NCBI GenBank assembly: GCA_050613775.1 | Contig: JBODTK010000016.1 | Coordinates: 124,001 to 188,000, forward strand | Direction of reading: 5' to 3' | From: Neocallimastix sp. 'constans' | Taxonomy: Eukaryota | DNA length: 64,000 bases | Shown: one piece after another, positions 14,703 through 28,095 of the stretch | How positions within the stretch are numbered: the first letter of the stretch is position 1 | How the letters are laid out: each line of letters opens with the position of its first letter | Made by a program: the position numbers and the translations under genes | Notes under the pieces: generated by a model | Told to the model about the DNA's origin: nothing | Databases searched by the model: none | What the model saw: only the letters and a program-made list of their open reading frames with translations

Positions 14703-14868
14703 TAAGTATTAAATATAAATTTAAAAAACATTTATAATTAGTAAATATGATATATTAAAATTAATTTATTAATAATACATATTAATATAAAAATATGGAA
14801 CTCTAAAAAAATAAAAAAAAAAAAATTAATTGAATTTTTTACCTTTTAATACTTTAATTATATCAAGT
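14206..14868. repeat. ~331-bp tandem duplication of the last codons and 3' flank of helicase copy 4
   Basis: 14206-14537 and 14538-14868 are near-identical. Confidence 0.9.
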
Positions 14869-17701
14869 CTATGTTTTTCTTTTTGACTTTCATATTTTTC
14901 TTGTCTTTCCGGTTTTTCTTCATCAATTGTTTTCTTTAAATTTTCGAAAAAGTCTTTAGGAAGAATGTTTTTGGGGAAATAATGTGGTGTATTGAAAAAT
15001 TTTTTACCTTCAAATATAAAATTATCATTTGATTTCATATCCTTAATAATTTTTAACCAATGGTCATTAGTACATAAAGTTCTCATATTACCAATAATAA
15101 TTAAGGAATTTCGAGCTCGAGTAAGAGAAACATTAACTCGATTAGCATTTCTTAAGAATCCAATTTTCCCATCAGATCGAACTGTTGATAAAATAACAAT
15201 ATCATTTTCTTGTCCTTGGTAACTATCGACAGTATTGACTTGAATATTTTCAAAAATATTAGCTTTCTTTAAAAGTTCTTTAAATCTTGAATCACTTTCT
15301 AAATCAATTATTTCATCATAAAATGAAAATATTTTGTTATTAAATTTATTTTTAGATATTTCTAAAAAATCATTTAACGTATCTTCATAATACTCTCTTA
15401 ATTTCTTTTTAATTAATGATACTTGAGCATTATAAAATGTAATGATAGAAATTCTTTTAGAGAAACAAATATTTGAATAGCTATGTAAGAGTTCATTAAT
15501 ACAATTAATAACAAGTTGAGCTTCTTCTTCATTACTTATGGATGAATTATTATTTTGAGAAGTATTCCCTTTTACATTATAAAATACAAGAGGTCCAAAA
15601 TTTTTATTATCTTTACACCATTCGCCTATCCATTCTTTGGATTTAACATTTTCACCATCGGAAATTTTATTTTTATAGAATGCTTTATTGGCAAGTCTAC
15701 TAATATCTGGATGCATACGATATTGAACATTTAAGAGAGTGAGTTCACTCTTAGATCTTTTATAAATACGTTCAAATAAACTTCTTCCATAATTACATTG
15801 TTTTAATTTACCAGATTTAACGGTTGGTGGAAGTTGTTTAGGATCACCAATTAAAACAATTTGAGGAATATTATACTTGAAAGGAATTAACGTAGTTAAT
15901 TCAGTAGCTTGACATGCTTCATCAATAATTAAAAGACTAAATCCTAAATTTTCTATTAATTTGTTACCACTACTACATAATGTACAAACAATGACATTGG
16001 CTTCATTTAATTTTTTTTTTAATTCATGATCATCTAAATCATTATCAACACAATATCTATTTGATTTATTATATTCTATATCTTTTTCTTCTATATAAAA
16101 TATATAATATAAAATACGTTCGTATTATTTATATATAATTAATAAAATTTATTATTTTATATATATTATTATTATGATTATTTATTATTATAACTTATCA
16201 TTTTATTAATTTACCTTTTTTAAATTTGACATTCATTTCATCACTAGCACGATATCTGAATGATTTAATATATTCTTTATCTTTTTCTTCTATATAAAAA
16301 AAGATATATATGTATATAATAAATAATTTGTTTATATTATTTATATATAATTAATAAAATTTAAATTAATCATCCAAATTTTATTATTTTATATTTGTTA
16401 TCATTATTTATTATTATCATTATTATTATTTAATATTTCATTGATTTACCTTTTTTTAATCTTCTAATAATTTCATCACAAGCATAATTACTTGGAGCAC
16501 AGACAAGAATTTTTGATTCATTTCCAGTAAGAATATTATATTGTAATTCTCGATCAATAATCGCAACAAGTACTGAAGTTTTACCTGTACCAGGTGGACC
16601 ATGAATTAATGAAATCGCTCTACCTTTAACTTTACATAAAGCACATGCTTGAGATTCATTTAATTTATAGTCATTAATCACATTTTTTGTTATATTTTTA
16701 TATTCTGGTCCATAATATATTATGCTTTTATTGATTGCAGGATCAATTTTTCCACTGGTAATAATTTTACAAATAGGTAAGGAAGAATTTTCAACTAAAT
16801 AATTTAAAATTCTATATTCTTTTATAATTGCTCCGAATGACATGATATGAATACAAATCCATTGTCCTCTTTCTCTAATAATTTCATATTGAAGTCTATC
16901 AATTTTTTCAGAGGATATACAGGTCATGCAAATTATATTTAATTTATCATCAGGAGATATGGTGTTTCCTAAGTTTAATGATCTCATTTTTTTAATAAAA
17001 TCATCATCATCATCATCATCATCAAAATCAGAACTATCTAAAGAAAAAGTAGATTCATCATAGTCGTTTACGATACTATCGGATTTTCTGTAAAACATAA
17101 GGGTATCAAAGTATATAGTTTTGAAATCATCACTTATTTTTGCTAAATAAAGTAAATCATTCCATTTTATTTCACCAGAAGATCTTTGTTCTTTATGTTT
17201 CGTTCCACTTTGGATAAAATCCATTCCATCATATCCAGATAAAAAATAGTAAGGCATAGCAATCTTTAAATAACATGAAGTATTTTCAAATAGATGAAAT
17301 GAATCATTACTATTCTTAAAAGCTTTTACATCAACATTAACGGCAACATCTTTGAAATTTATTTTTCTCTCATTTAATTTTTCATTGAAAGATCTTAATT
17401 CTTCTTTACATTCTATATGAAATAATGGGTCTATTACCTATATGTATGTATAAATATATTTTAAAATAATTTATTTTAATTAATTATAGTTTAGTATTTT
17501 ATTAATTTACTTAATATTAATTTTATTAAATAAAAAGATATTTACTTTATAGTATTCCTGCATAGAATTGTAAGTATCTTTCAGTATAGGAAATTTCTTT
17601 TTCCTTATATCAGAATATGGATCTGAAGTTAATTCCCATTTATAAGGACTTTGTACACAAGAAAAATAAAAGTCATTTTCTTCATTTCGGGAACTAACCA
17701 T
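14826..17701 (-). CDS. Sen1-like SF1B helicase, copy 4, intact, 4 exons, ~827 aa
   Basis: Exons 17701-17546, 17437-16450, 16289-16215 and 16090-14826 splice in frame (2484 nt). All SF1 motifs are intact. Confidence 0.9.
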
Positions 17702-18164
17702 TATTTTTAAAAATTATTAATAAATATTAAAAATATTAAAATATTAATTATTATTTTGTATAATAAGAAATTATAAAAAAAAAAGATTAGATAATTATTT
17801 TTCTTTTTATATTTTTTTTCTCTTAAAAGTATTTAATTAAATTTTTACGGAAAATGTTTATTTTTTATTGAGGTTTAAATATTATTTATGAATATATTAA
17901 TAATTATTTATATAAATTAAATCAATATATTATATTAAATAAAAAAAAAAAAAAAAAAAAAAAAAAAATAGAAAAGAAAAAACCAATAGTTTTTTTTTTT
18001 TTTTTTTATTTTAAATTAAATTATTTAAAAATATTTAAAAATAAAAATTATTTAATATATTTTCAATAATTTTTATGTCTTTTTTTAGATTATAATTAAT
18101 TATCAAATCAAATATTATATTTATATATTAATTTTTTTATATTTTTTTTGATAATTTTTTCTTT

Positions 18165-18545
18165 ACACTGATATTAACGATATTAACGACTGGAGAACAA
18201 TAGTACCTCCAGTTTATCTCTTAAATGTATTAGAGACTCATTAGATTCTATTCCATACCGTTTCGGTCTTGACACGGACCTCTATCTAAGCAAGGATAAT
18301 ATGAAAGACATTCCCAATATGCCGCATTATACTACGCGTTTCTTTTAAATGATCTACTAAACCGTCATTGAGAAAGAAATAACAACATTAATCTTCTAAT
18401 AAAGCAAGTACTATCTACATTAGCAATAATATAGTCTAGCAATAGGAATACGAATACCAACTTCACTTATAGAGAAAAGCACATTAAGAGGATGAAAATG
18501 GTCAAATATAAATTCAGAAGGTAGTAGGAGTTCATTTAGAAACCT
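18165..18545 (-). mobile_element. Dispersed repeat family, copy A (probable retroposon 3' end)
   Basis: Alignable to the reverse complement of 47395-47722 and 57303-57415. All three share a terminus followed by an A-rich run. Confidence 0.7.
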
Positions 18546-18779
18546 TAACTGTATTATTATTCTCTAATATTAGCACATCAGGATAAAACTGGAAAGACAT
18601 ATGAATATTTTAAAAAAAATTTTTTTTACTATTTAATAATAAAATAAATTAAATTATTCGAATTTTTATTAAAACAATAAATTAAAGATATAGAAGGATA
18701 ATTCTTAAATTTATCCATATTAATATTTCTCCATTTATTTATAAATTAACAACCAAAACCAAAACGCATAATAATATCG

Positions 18780-19510
18780 ATAATTTAATATAAATTATAT
18801 AATTACATTTATCCAATCAAATTACTCAATATTATATAAAAAAGATTTTAAGATTAGATTCGAAAAGTAACCTGTAATAAGATTTTAAAATTTATTTTAT
18901 AATATTAATAAAGGAATGGAATTGGGTTAGGGGTTAGGTTGATGGAACATTTATATGAATTGCAAATTAATTTTGGTTAATTTATTAAAATTGGAGATAG
19001 ATGATTACCATTCAAAATTAATATATCTTTATTTTTAGGTTAAGTCATTCGATAGTGGCTGATCCATACTTTATACATTGATTCTACTAGAGTTGCTATT
19101 TCTGAAGAACCTGATAGTTGAAATGTATCAATTACAGGAATTTGCAAAGTTATTAATTGTAATACCTTTTAATGAAATATTTCAAAAAATGAATAAGTTG
19201 AAGATATTATATGGCAAGATAATAATTTAGAAAAGTACGCTATGACATTTATGCATATACTTACGGAATCATTAAAAAACATATAAAAATGAATCTTTAA
19301 TAATTCCTAATGAGGTTAAAAAAGTTACAAAAGAATTTATTTTAAAGGGTGATTTAGTTGGTGAATTTATTATCGAAAAGTTTGTAGAATCTGTAGGCTT
19401 AGAAGTTAATATTTATATAGTATAGAGATAGTATAAACAATGGAATAAATTCTATATTAATGAAAATAAAAACTGTGAATTTTTTGAATTATTTAAATTA
19501 GTGTTAGAAA
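18780..19510 (+). pseudogene. Decayed D5-like (SF3) primase-helicase fragment, virus-like
   Basis: Frameshifted translation: MNCKLILVNLLKLEIDDYHSKL (cf. NGKSxLxxLLxxxLGDY), TRVAISEEPD (Walker B region), LIVIPFNEIF (cf. RRxxVIPF), YAMTFMHILTE, YKNESLIIPNEVKKVTKEFILKGDLVGEFI..YKQW. No introns. The extent upstream of ~18940 is tentative. Confidence 0.75.
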
Positions 19511-19537
19511 AGTTTAATATTATGTTGAAAATAATAT

Positions 19538-19630
19538 TATTAAAAATTACGAATTAATTGTAGGTAGTTATTAAAAATACGAATTAATTGTAGATAGTTA
19601 TTAAAAATTACGAATTAATTGTAGATAGTA
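19538..19630. repeat. ~30-bp tandem repeat x3
   Basis: TATTAAAAATTACGAATTAATTGTAG(G/A)TAGT repeated three times at the end of the D5 relic. Confidence 0.85.
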
Positions 19631-19739
19631 AATTATACTAATATGATTAATTTAAAATTTCTATTAATTATACAAAATATTAATTTTTGGTATAATAAGA
19701 TTATATGTTCTAATTATATAATTTAATTTAAAATATTAT

Positions 19740-19939
19740 TAATAAAATAAAATATTTTTAATTATTTTTTAAAATTAAATTTAAATAATTTTATATAAAA
19801 TTTTTGTTAAACTAGAAAATAAACATAAATTATTTTTTTAATAAAATAAAATATTTTTAATTATTTTTTAAAATTAAATTTAAATAAATTTATATAAAAT
19901 TTTTGTTAAACTAGAAAATAAACATAAATTATTTTTTTA
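19740..19939. repeat. ~100-bp tandem duplication
   Basis: Two near-identical units containing TTTTGTTAAACTAGAAAATAAACATAAATT. Confidence 0.85.
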
Positions 19940-20879
19940 ACTAGGAAATATAAATTAATAGCTTTTATAATTTTTATAATATCTAATAAATGAAGACTGT
20001 TACCATTAAAGAAAATATAAACTAATATAAATAATTTCAACCATTTATTATTATTTGCTTTTAAAATAATTCATTAATAAATGAAAAATATAATAATTTT
20101 ACTCTTTAATATTATAAAAGATATTTATTATATAAAAAAAATTTCTATTTTCTATAGTAGATTATTTTAATATTTTTTTTAACTGAAAACAATAATAAAT
20201 ATTATTATTTTTTATATTTTTTATATTTCCTGGAAAATATTAAAATATCATTAATAGAACTTTTTTTATTAACAATAATATTAAATAAATCATCTAATGA
20301 GATTTGCTTTTTAGATATCTAACTTTAACATTAGCAATATATAAATATTTTATAGTTAAATTTAGAGTTATGAACTATTAAGACATCTCTTTATAGAGTG
20401 AAGCATTTCTCCATGTTGCATTTCGCCAATTGAAAATTATTAAATGAATGAATATAATATAAATAAATAAATTAGAAAATTACTAATATTGATGTACTTA
20501 TTTTTTTAAAATATATTTTTATAATTAAATATTTTTTTATAAATAATTATTTTATTACTATTATATAAAATATTAAAATATATCTTTATAATTAAATATA
20601 TTTTTATAATTCAATATTATGGATAATATTTTATTACTATTTTACAAAAATTATAAATAATTATATTATTATTTTACATAAATTATAAATAATTATTTTA
20701 TTATTATTTTACAAAAATTATAAATAATTATTTTATTACTATTTTACAAAATATTTAATTAAAATATATTATTTGTTAAAATAAAATTAAAATAATATTT
20801 ATTATTATTACTAACTAAATATTATAAAAAAAGTTTTAAAAAAACATTTTTTGAATTTTTGTACATATATTAATTTATT

Positions 20880-21420
20880 ATATCAATACGCCACTTGATG
20901 AAATATTTATATCAATACGCCGCTTGATGAAATGCAACTCTCCCCTTTTTATTTAACCAATTCCTAATCTACCACCTTTAGCTCTACCTCAATAGGTTGT
21001 CTAGTTACAGAATTTATATTAAACAATATTTTTATAAAACATTTTTTCTTTAACTTGATGTTGTAAAGCATTATAATAACAAATATCAATCATAGATTCA
21101 ATCATTATTTCATTATTGTATAATAATAAATCATCATTTTCTAATTTATTTAATAACTCTTCATAATTAATAATATTGATAAATCCGAATTAAATCTAAT
21201 GCGAGAATTAGTTGGTTCTTTAGTAATAAATTTTATAAGCATTTCTAATAAATAACCTATAGTCTTTCCAGAAAAAAAAACATGAAGATTTATAGTAATA
21301 TCAGTTATAACTCCTGATCTGTAAATGGTAATTGACATTCAGGAATAGTATCGTCAGTCACACCTTTTTGAGAATATATGTTTGAAAATTTATCACTTAT
21401 TTGAGGTTTATAAATATGAT
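20880..21420 (-). pseudogene. Decayed multisubunit RNA polymerase second-largest subunit (RPB2/beta-type) C-terminal fragment, virus-like
   Basis: Ordered motifs across frameshifts: KPQISDKFSNIYSQKGV (cf. PQIGDKFASRHGQKG), IPECQLPFT, GVITDITINLHVFFSGKTIGYLLEML (cf. GIxPDxIINPHxxPSRMTIxxLxE), YYNALQHQVKEK (cf. YYQRLxHMVxDK), TRQPIE-GRAKGGRLGIG (cf. TRQPxEGRxxxGGLRxGEM), HQAA. No introns. Confidence 0.85.
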
Positions 21421-21679
21421 AAGTTTTTAACAAATAGTAATTAGTTTATAATAAAGAATTTAAAATATAAATATCAAATGATTTGATTCTCTTAGGTTTT
21501 CTAAAATTTAGAATTTTCCTGAAAATTTATGCTGAAATTATTAATTTTGTTTTTTTCTTTTAATAAAAAATATTATTTTTAAAATTTAATTTATAAAAAT
21601 TATTATTTAAAAAATTAAATAAAGATAAAGTTTTTTTGTTTTTATAATTTTATTTAATATCCTAAAATGGTTGATTAAA

Positions 21680-21992
<313 letters not shown>

Positions 21993-22302
21993 TTAAAAGT
22001 TATAATAGTTGCAAATCAACTATCAACTATTCAAAAATTTCCAATAAAATATTAAAAATTAAATTTAAATATATATATATTTTTATTTAAAAAAATTATT
22101 AGATATTTTTTTATTATTATTATATATTTTTTATACAATATTCTTTATTTGCAAACAGTAATGAATAAATATTTTTTTTTTTGTTTTGCTGTAGATAATT
22201 ATAATTATTAAAAAATTATATTTGAATTTAATATATAATTATTAAAAAGTTATATTTAAATTTAATACATAGCAAGTTATTCAAAGAAAAATAAATAATA
22301 AA

Positions 22303-24044
22303 ATGCATTTATTTTGTTGTTTTAATATTAATATAGGAAAAAAGAATAAAGAGAAAAAATTTTTAAATAAAGATAATTCAAATATCTTAACTAATCAATC
22401 TATTTCAAATGAAATTATTAAAAATACATATTCAGTGGAAAGAAATGAGAGGAAAAATGTTTCATTAATATCAACAAATAAAACTAATTCTATTGATAAT
22501 AATAATAATAAAATTGAAGATTTAAATACTTCTATTAATACTTCGGTTATAGCTGTCACAGCAAATTCCAATACTTCAAATTCTAATAATAATGAATATG
22601 ATATGAACCATACTAATGTTAGTCATTTGGAAAAAAGCTATCTTCAAGATAAATGTAACTCCTTAAAATTTTGTTCTCCTACAACAGGTTCATCTTTTCA
22701 TTCAAATAATCAGAGTATGATTGATTTTCAATCAGCAGCTTCTTTAAACTCTATCACAGAATCATTTTTTACAACGGCTTCTGAATCTTCGTTAGCATTA
22801 GATATAACAAAAGTAACAACAACAACAACAACAACTATTAATAATAATGATAAAAAATACTTCAATAATCATTCAGATTCTTTTCTTTCAACTACCAATA
22901 ATTATCAGTCATCGCTTTCAAACACTAATACTTCTATTAACGATACCAACTTTACTGATACTAAAACTAAATCTATTAATAAAAATGCACAGTATTCCAC
23001 GGATATTGATTTACAAACTATGACTGCTTCAAAATTAGACAATATTGCTGAAAGAGCTTTAAATCCAAATTTAATTAATTATACCCTTGATTCCGTAATA
23101 AAGAATAGAATTAAAGTATATACTAGAGTAAGGCCATCTACTGGCATTAATGAATATATCATATTAGGTTATTTGGATAATGTTACATTAAGAGAAGCTT
23201 ATGAAGTTTACATGGATTTAGAATATCGTAAAGAATGGGATGATTTAAAACAGCAAATTAATATTTTTGAGAGAAAAAATAAAAAGAAAAAGGATGGAAC
23301 ATCTCCTTCCTCTTCCTCATTGGGTAAAAATTATTTAAAAGATTTTGAAATTCATTGGGAAATAAAGTTACCATGGCCATTTTCAAATCGTGAGTATGTT
23401 TTTGAAAGAAATACATATGAACATAAGGTAAAATGACTAATAAATAATAATTATAATATAATGATAATTATTATTATCGTTTGTTATTATCCAATATATA
23501 ATATACTAATATTTTTATTATTAAAATTATATTTAAATAATTATATACCTATTTTTTTTTAAAGTATAATGATATGATTTTCTTAATTGCAGATAATAGT
23601 TCACTAGATAATGATGAAGAAGTTACACAAGAAGTAAAAAATTTTGGAACTATTCGTATTACCGAATATGAACAAACAACAGTATTTTATTCTGATCGTG
23701 AAGATGGAAAATGCAATGTTTATATGGAGGTATATATTTTTTTTCATATACAATATTAATAATTAATAATAATAATGATTTTTCATTTCCTTTTCTGTGT
23801 ATATATATATATATATATATACTTTTTTTGATAGTATTACGATGATCCAAAAGGAAATATACCATTAATGTTAAAAAATTGGGTTGTTGGAAAAGCAGCA
23901 CCTAATTTTATTATGAATATTGAGAAAGCATGTAAAGAATATAAAGCATTTGAAAAAAGATTGGCAAATAATAAGCATGTGAAAGAATTAAACGAGATTC
24001 TTGGGAAATCTATTCAAGAAGCATTTGATGATTTCGAATTATGA
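22303..24044 (+). CDS. START-domain lipid transfer protein (PCTP/StARD2-StARD7-like) with a long low-complexity N-terminus
   Basis: Exons 22303-23427, 23565-23729 and 23835-24044. Motifs: YMDLEYRKEWD, WEIKLPWPFSNREYV, YYDDPKGNIP..NWVVGKAAPNF..ACKEY. Confidence 0.88.
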
Positions 24045-25036
24045 TAAAAATTAAATAGTAATAATAATTAGAATAATGATAAGAATAAATTTTTAAATAA
24101 ACAATAACAATAACAACAACAACAACAACAAAGAAAAAAAAAAAAAAAAAATAAATTTTAAGCAAATAATAAGTAAATTTATAAAAAAAAATTAATAAAT
24201 ACAAACATATAAATAAAGGACAAAGCTTTTTATTGATAATAATTACAATAACAACAATAAAAAATTATGAAATAAAGATAAGAAATATATTATACAATTT
24301 ATAATTATTAATTTCATTTAATGAAATAATAATAAAAATAAAAAAAGTACAAAATAGCAATTTGATAAAATCAATTAATAAGAAAAGCAACATTGTTAAA
24401 ATATTCTTATTATTCATCAAAAATCATTATATATTCAAAGGTAAATAGAAAACAAAAAAAAAATATATATCGTAATAAAACTATTTAAATTTTATCCTGC
24501 AAAAATTAAAATTAAATTTATAAAAAAAAAGAAAATTTATTTTATAAAAATTATTATTATTATTATTTTTATTATTATTATTATTATTATTTTTATTTTT
24601 ATTTTTTGTTTTTTGTTAATAAGTTACTATCATTTTTTCATTATTTCTAAATTAAATTTTCATGTATTATTTATAAATTTCATATATTTAATAATTATAT
24701 ATAAATTTGAAATTTTGATACATTAATACAATTTAACACATTAAAAACATTTTTATATCATTTATTTCTGTTACTATATGTACAATTTAATTATATATGT
24801 AACATCTATACTTTTATATATTAATCTCAATTTTTAATATTATTAAAAATAATTATTTGAATTTATTAATATTTATTAATATTTATTGTTATTATAATAA
24901 TAATTCTTTTGTATTAAAATTTTGCAATGAATATTTTTTATTTTTTAATTTTTATTTTTTATTTTTATTTTTTTATTTTTTGAGTTTGCACATGTTTTAA
25001 TATATTATTTACTATTTAAATACTTTTTTTATTTTA

Positions 25037-25073
<37 letters not shown>

Positions 25074-25112
25074 ATACACATTTTTATTTTTCTAATTATT
25101 TACGTATTCTTT

Positions 25113-25511
25113 CTAAGATAATTCATTTTGGAAGTAACAAGCAACATAGTAATTCTTTTGTCCATTATAATCATCAAGCCAACATATACCTTCTTTGATA
25201 AGAGATTCCTATCGTGTATTATTTTAAGTTTTGTATACATATTTTCACATTGAAAATTAATGATAAATATTTCCAACTTCTTATATATATATATATAGAC
25301 ATTTTACATTAATATATGTTATTTATTAATATAATTACCAAAGTTTGATTAATACGAAGCAAATCCCAGTGAAGTTCTTTTTGAATTTGTTGAATAGATG
25401 TATAACCAGTTTTCTAGTATATGAAAATTGGTATTTTAAAAGTTTATAATTAATTATATATATATGTAAGTACACACATGTACAAATAATATAATTAATA
25501 TTATTTTATTA

Positions 25512-25553
<42 letters not shown>

Positions 25554-26905
25554 TTATCGTTGTTGTTTTTGTTGTTACAAACCTGAGCAAGTAATAAAAT
25601 ACTTGAGGTATCTGAATTTAGTTCTCTTGGTACTGATTGTACCATTTTCTTATCACCAATTTTTATTATTGAAAAATAGGAACCCAGAATTTCTATTGTT
25701 TTTAAAGCTCTTGTTATATCATCACTTATTATAATTATTATTATTATTATTGTTGTTGTTGTTTTATAATTTTTATTTATTAAATTTATTATGAATTTTA
25801 CCATAGAATAATTAAAATTATATAATATATATATATCATATTAGATAATTATTTTATTTTATTATTAATATTCAAAATTTTAATCAAAAAAAAAAAAATA
25901 AATTTTAGAATTAATTTACACTGTTATTTTTACTGCCTTTTTTCCACGAATTTCAGTTAACGTCTTTTTCAATTCATTAATTTCAATAAGTCCACCATTT
26001 CTTGAACGTGATAAATAACAAACTTGAATAATTTGCACTGCAAGTTCATAATAAAAATCACCTACGCCGAGAATTTCACCCCAAAATCCTTTACTTGCTG
26101 GGTATTAAAACAAATATATATATTAATATAATGTTGAAATTGACAATTTAACATCCATAATAAAATAATAAATAATTATAGGAAATTACATCAAAAAAAA
26201 AAAGGTAGCAATAATACAATAATAAAATTATAAACATATATATAAATAAATAAATTAAAATATATATATAATATAAATTATTATAAATATAATTAAGTAA
26301 TATATATGAAGTAAATATAATATAAATAATAATAAATATATTAAATATTAAATATTAAGTAATAACAATAAATAAATATATAATTATGGGTAATAAATTA
26401 AAAAAAAAAAAAAAAATAAAAAAAAAAGATTACAAGCTAAAGGATCCACACCAATTGAAGTACACATTGATTGGAAATTTTGTCTGAAAGTTTCATCTTT
26501 TTTAATGTCATTTTTATATTTTTTGGCAAATATTTCTAATTGTTCTTTAAATTGTACCATTTGAGATTGCATTTGTTCCAATTGTTGGGTATATAATTCA
26601 TCTCCAATTTTTTGAAAATTTTGCTTTTTTTATTTAATTCGAAATTTGATGATTTCACGTAAAAAGTATATTCATATATAATTATTTTTAATAATGATGG
26701 GTATATATGAATATATATTATATGATATATAAATATTATATTTTAAAATGTTAAAAATATCAAAAAATTTAAATTTTTAAAATGAATGGGATAGACATTT
26801 CAATAAGATTTCTTTAAAATTTATATTTAAATCATAATACATATTTGTAATATTTACATTTAATAACTTTTGCCTTTGAATACCCGCTATACCAACTCTT
26901 TTCAT
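25113..26905 (-). CDS. SNF8: ESCRT-II subunit Snf8/Vps22 (EAP30), ~6 exons
   Basis: MKRVGIAGI start; [54 protein letters not shown] and GICWLDD across GT-AG exons. Confidence 0.92.
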
Positions 26906-27197
26906 TTTGATTAAATATTATTTATTTTATTCTATATATCAAAGGAAGAATAAAAATAATTATAATAATAAAATAGTAAATATTATTACAAAAATAAAAT
27001 ATAATGAATTTTATTTAAACTTTATTTTGGTTTTTATTTTTTATTCTTTTATTTTTTTTTTTTTTTTAAAAAATTATATTAATAAAAATAAAATAAAATA
27101 TATATATTATATATATACATATATACTTTAAAAATTAAAATTTGAATTTTTCATTAAGAAAATTTAATTAAAATTAATATTTTATTAATTCAAAAAT

Positions 27198-27238
<41 letters not shown>

Positions 27239-28038
27239 AATAAATAAATATCGAAAAATTAGAAACCTTCAATATGAAAAAATTACATATAAGATAACAA
27301 AATTGAATATTTTTATTAATATTTAATATATTACTATAATTAGATTTTATATTCATAGATAAATCAGAAACAAAAAGTATGCAACTTTTTCTTGAATAAT
27401 CTCTCTAAATTATAATTTAATAGTAATTAACTAGTGTATTGGGTACATTTGATTTTCGGGTATTAGGGGACTAAAAAACTAAAAAACATATATATAAAGG
27501 TAAAAATAAGAATGAAAATAAAATATAAATATAAATAATAATCAATTTGAATATATGTACTATTTTTATACTTTAAATTTATTATAAAATTAAATTTGAA
27601 AATATTATTTCGTATTTAAAGTTTATTAAAAAGTAGATATATTATTACTCATGGATAATTTTTTTAAAAAAAAAATTAAATTAAAATTAATGAAATATAG
27701 GTAAAAAATAAAGACATAATAGAATTTAAAATAAAATAGGATATTTAATTAAAAGGTAATAAAAATAAAGATTATAATTACATTTTATTAAATACGAAAT
27801 GATTTTTAAAAAAATTAATATATGATTAATAATAATTATTAATTTCTTTATCTTATATATTAAAAAAAAATATGAAATTAAAAAATAATATTAAACTATT
27901 TTTATATTTTTATGTTCTATATTTTTTATTATAAATATAAAAATAAAAATAATAAACATATAAAATTATTGAATCTTAATTAATAGTAAATACTTCAAAA
28001 TCCTAAAAATATATTATGTTGTTATAGTAATAAAAAAT

Positions 28039-28095
<57 letters not shown>

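Noticed and set aside
19538..19630. CRISPR-like array
   Set aside because: Head-to-tail repeats with no unique spacers, in a eukaryotic context with no cas genes.
21150..21338. 62-aa ORF as a stand-alone small gene
   Set aside because: It is one frame segment of the RPB2-like pseudogene.
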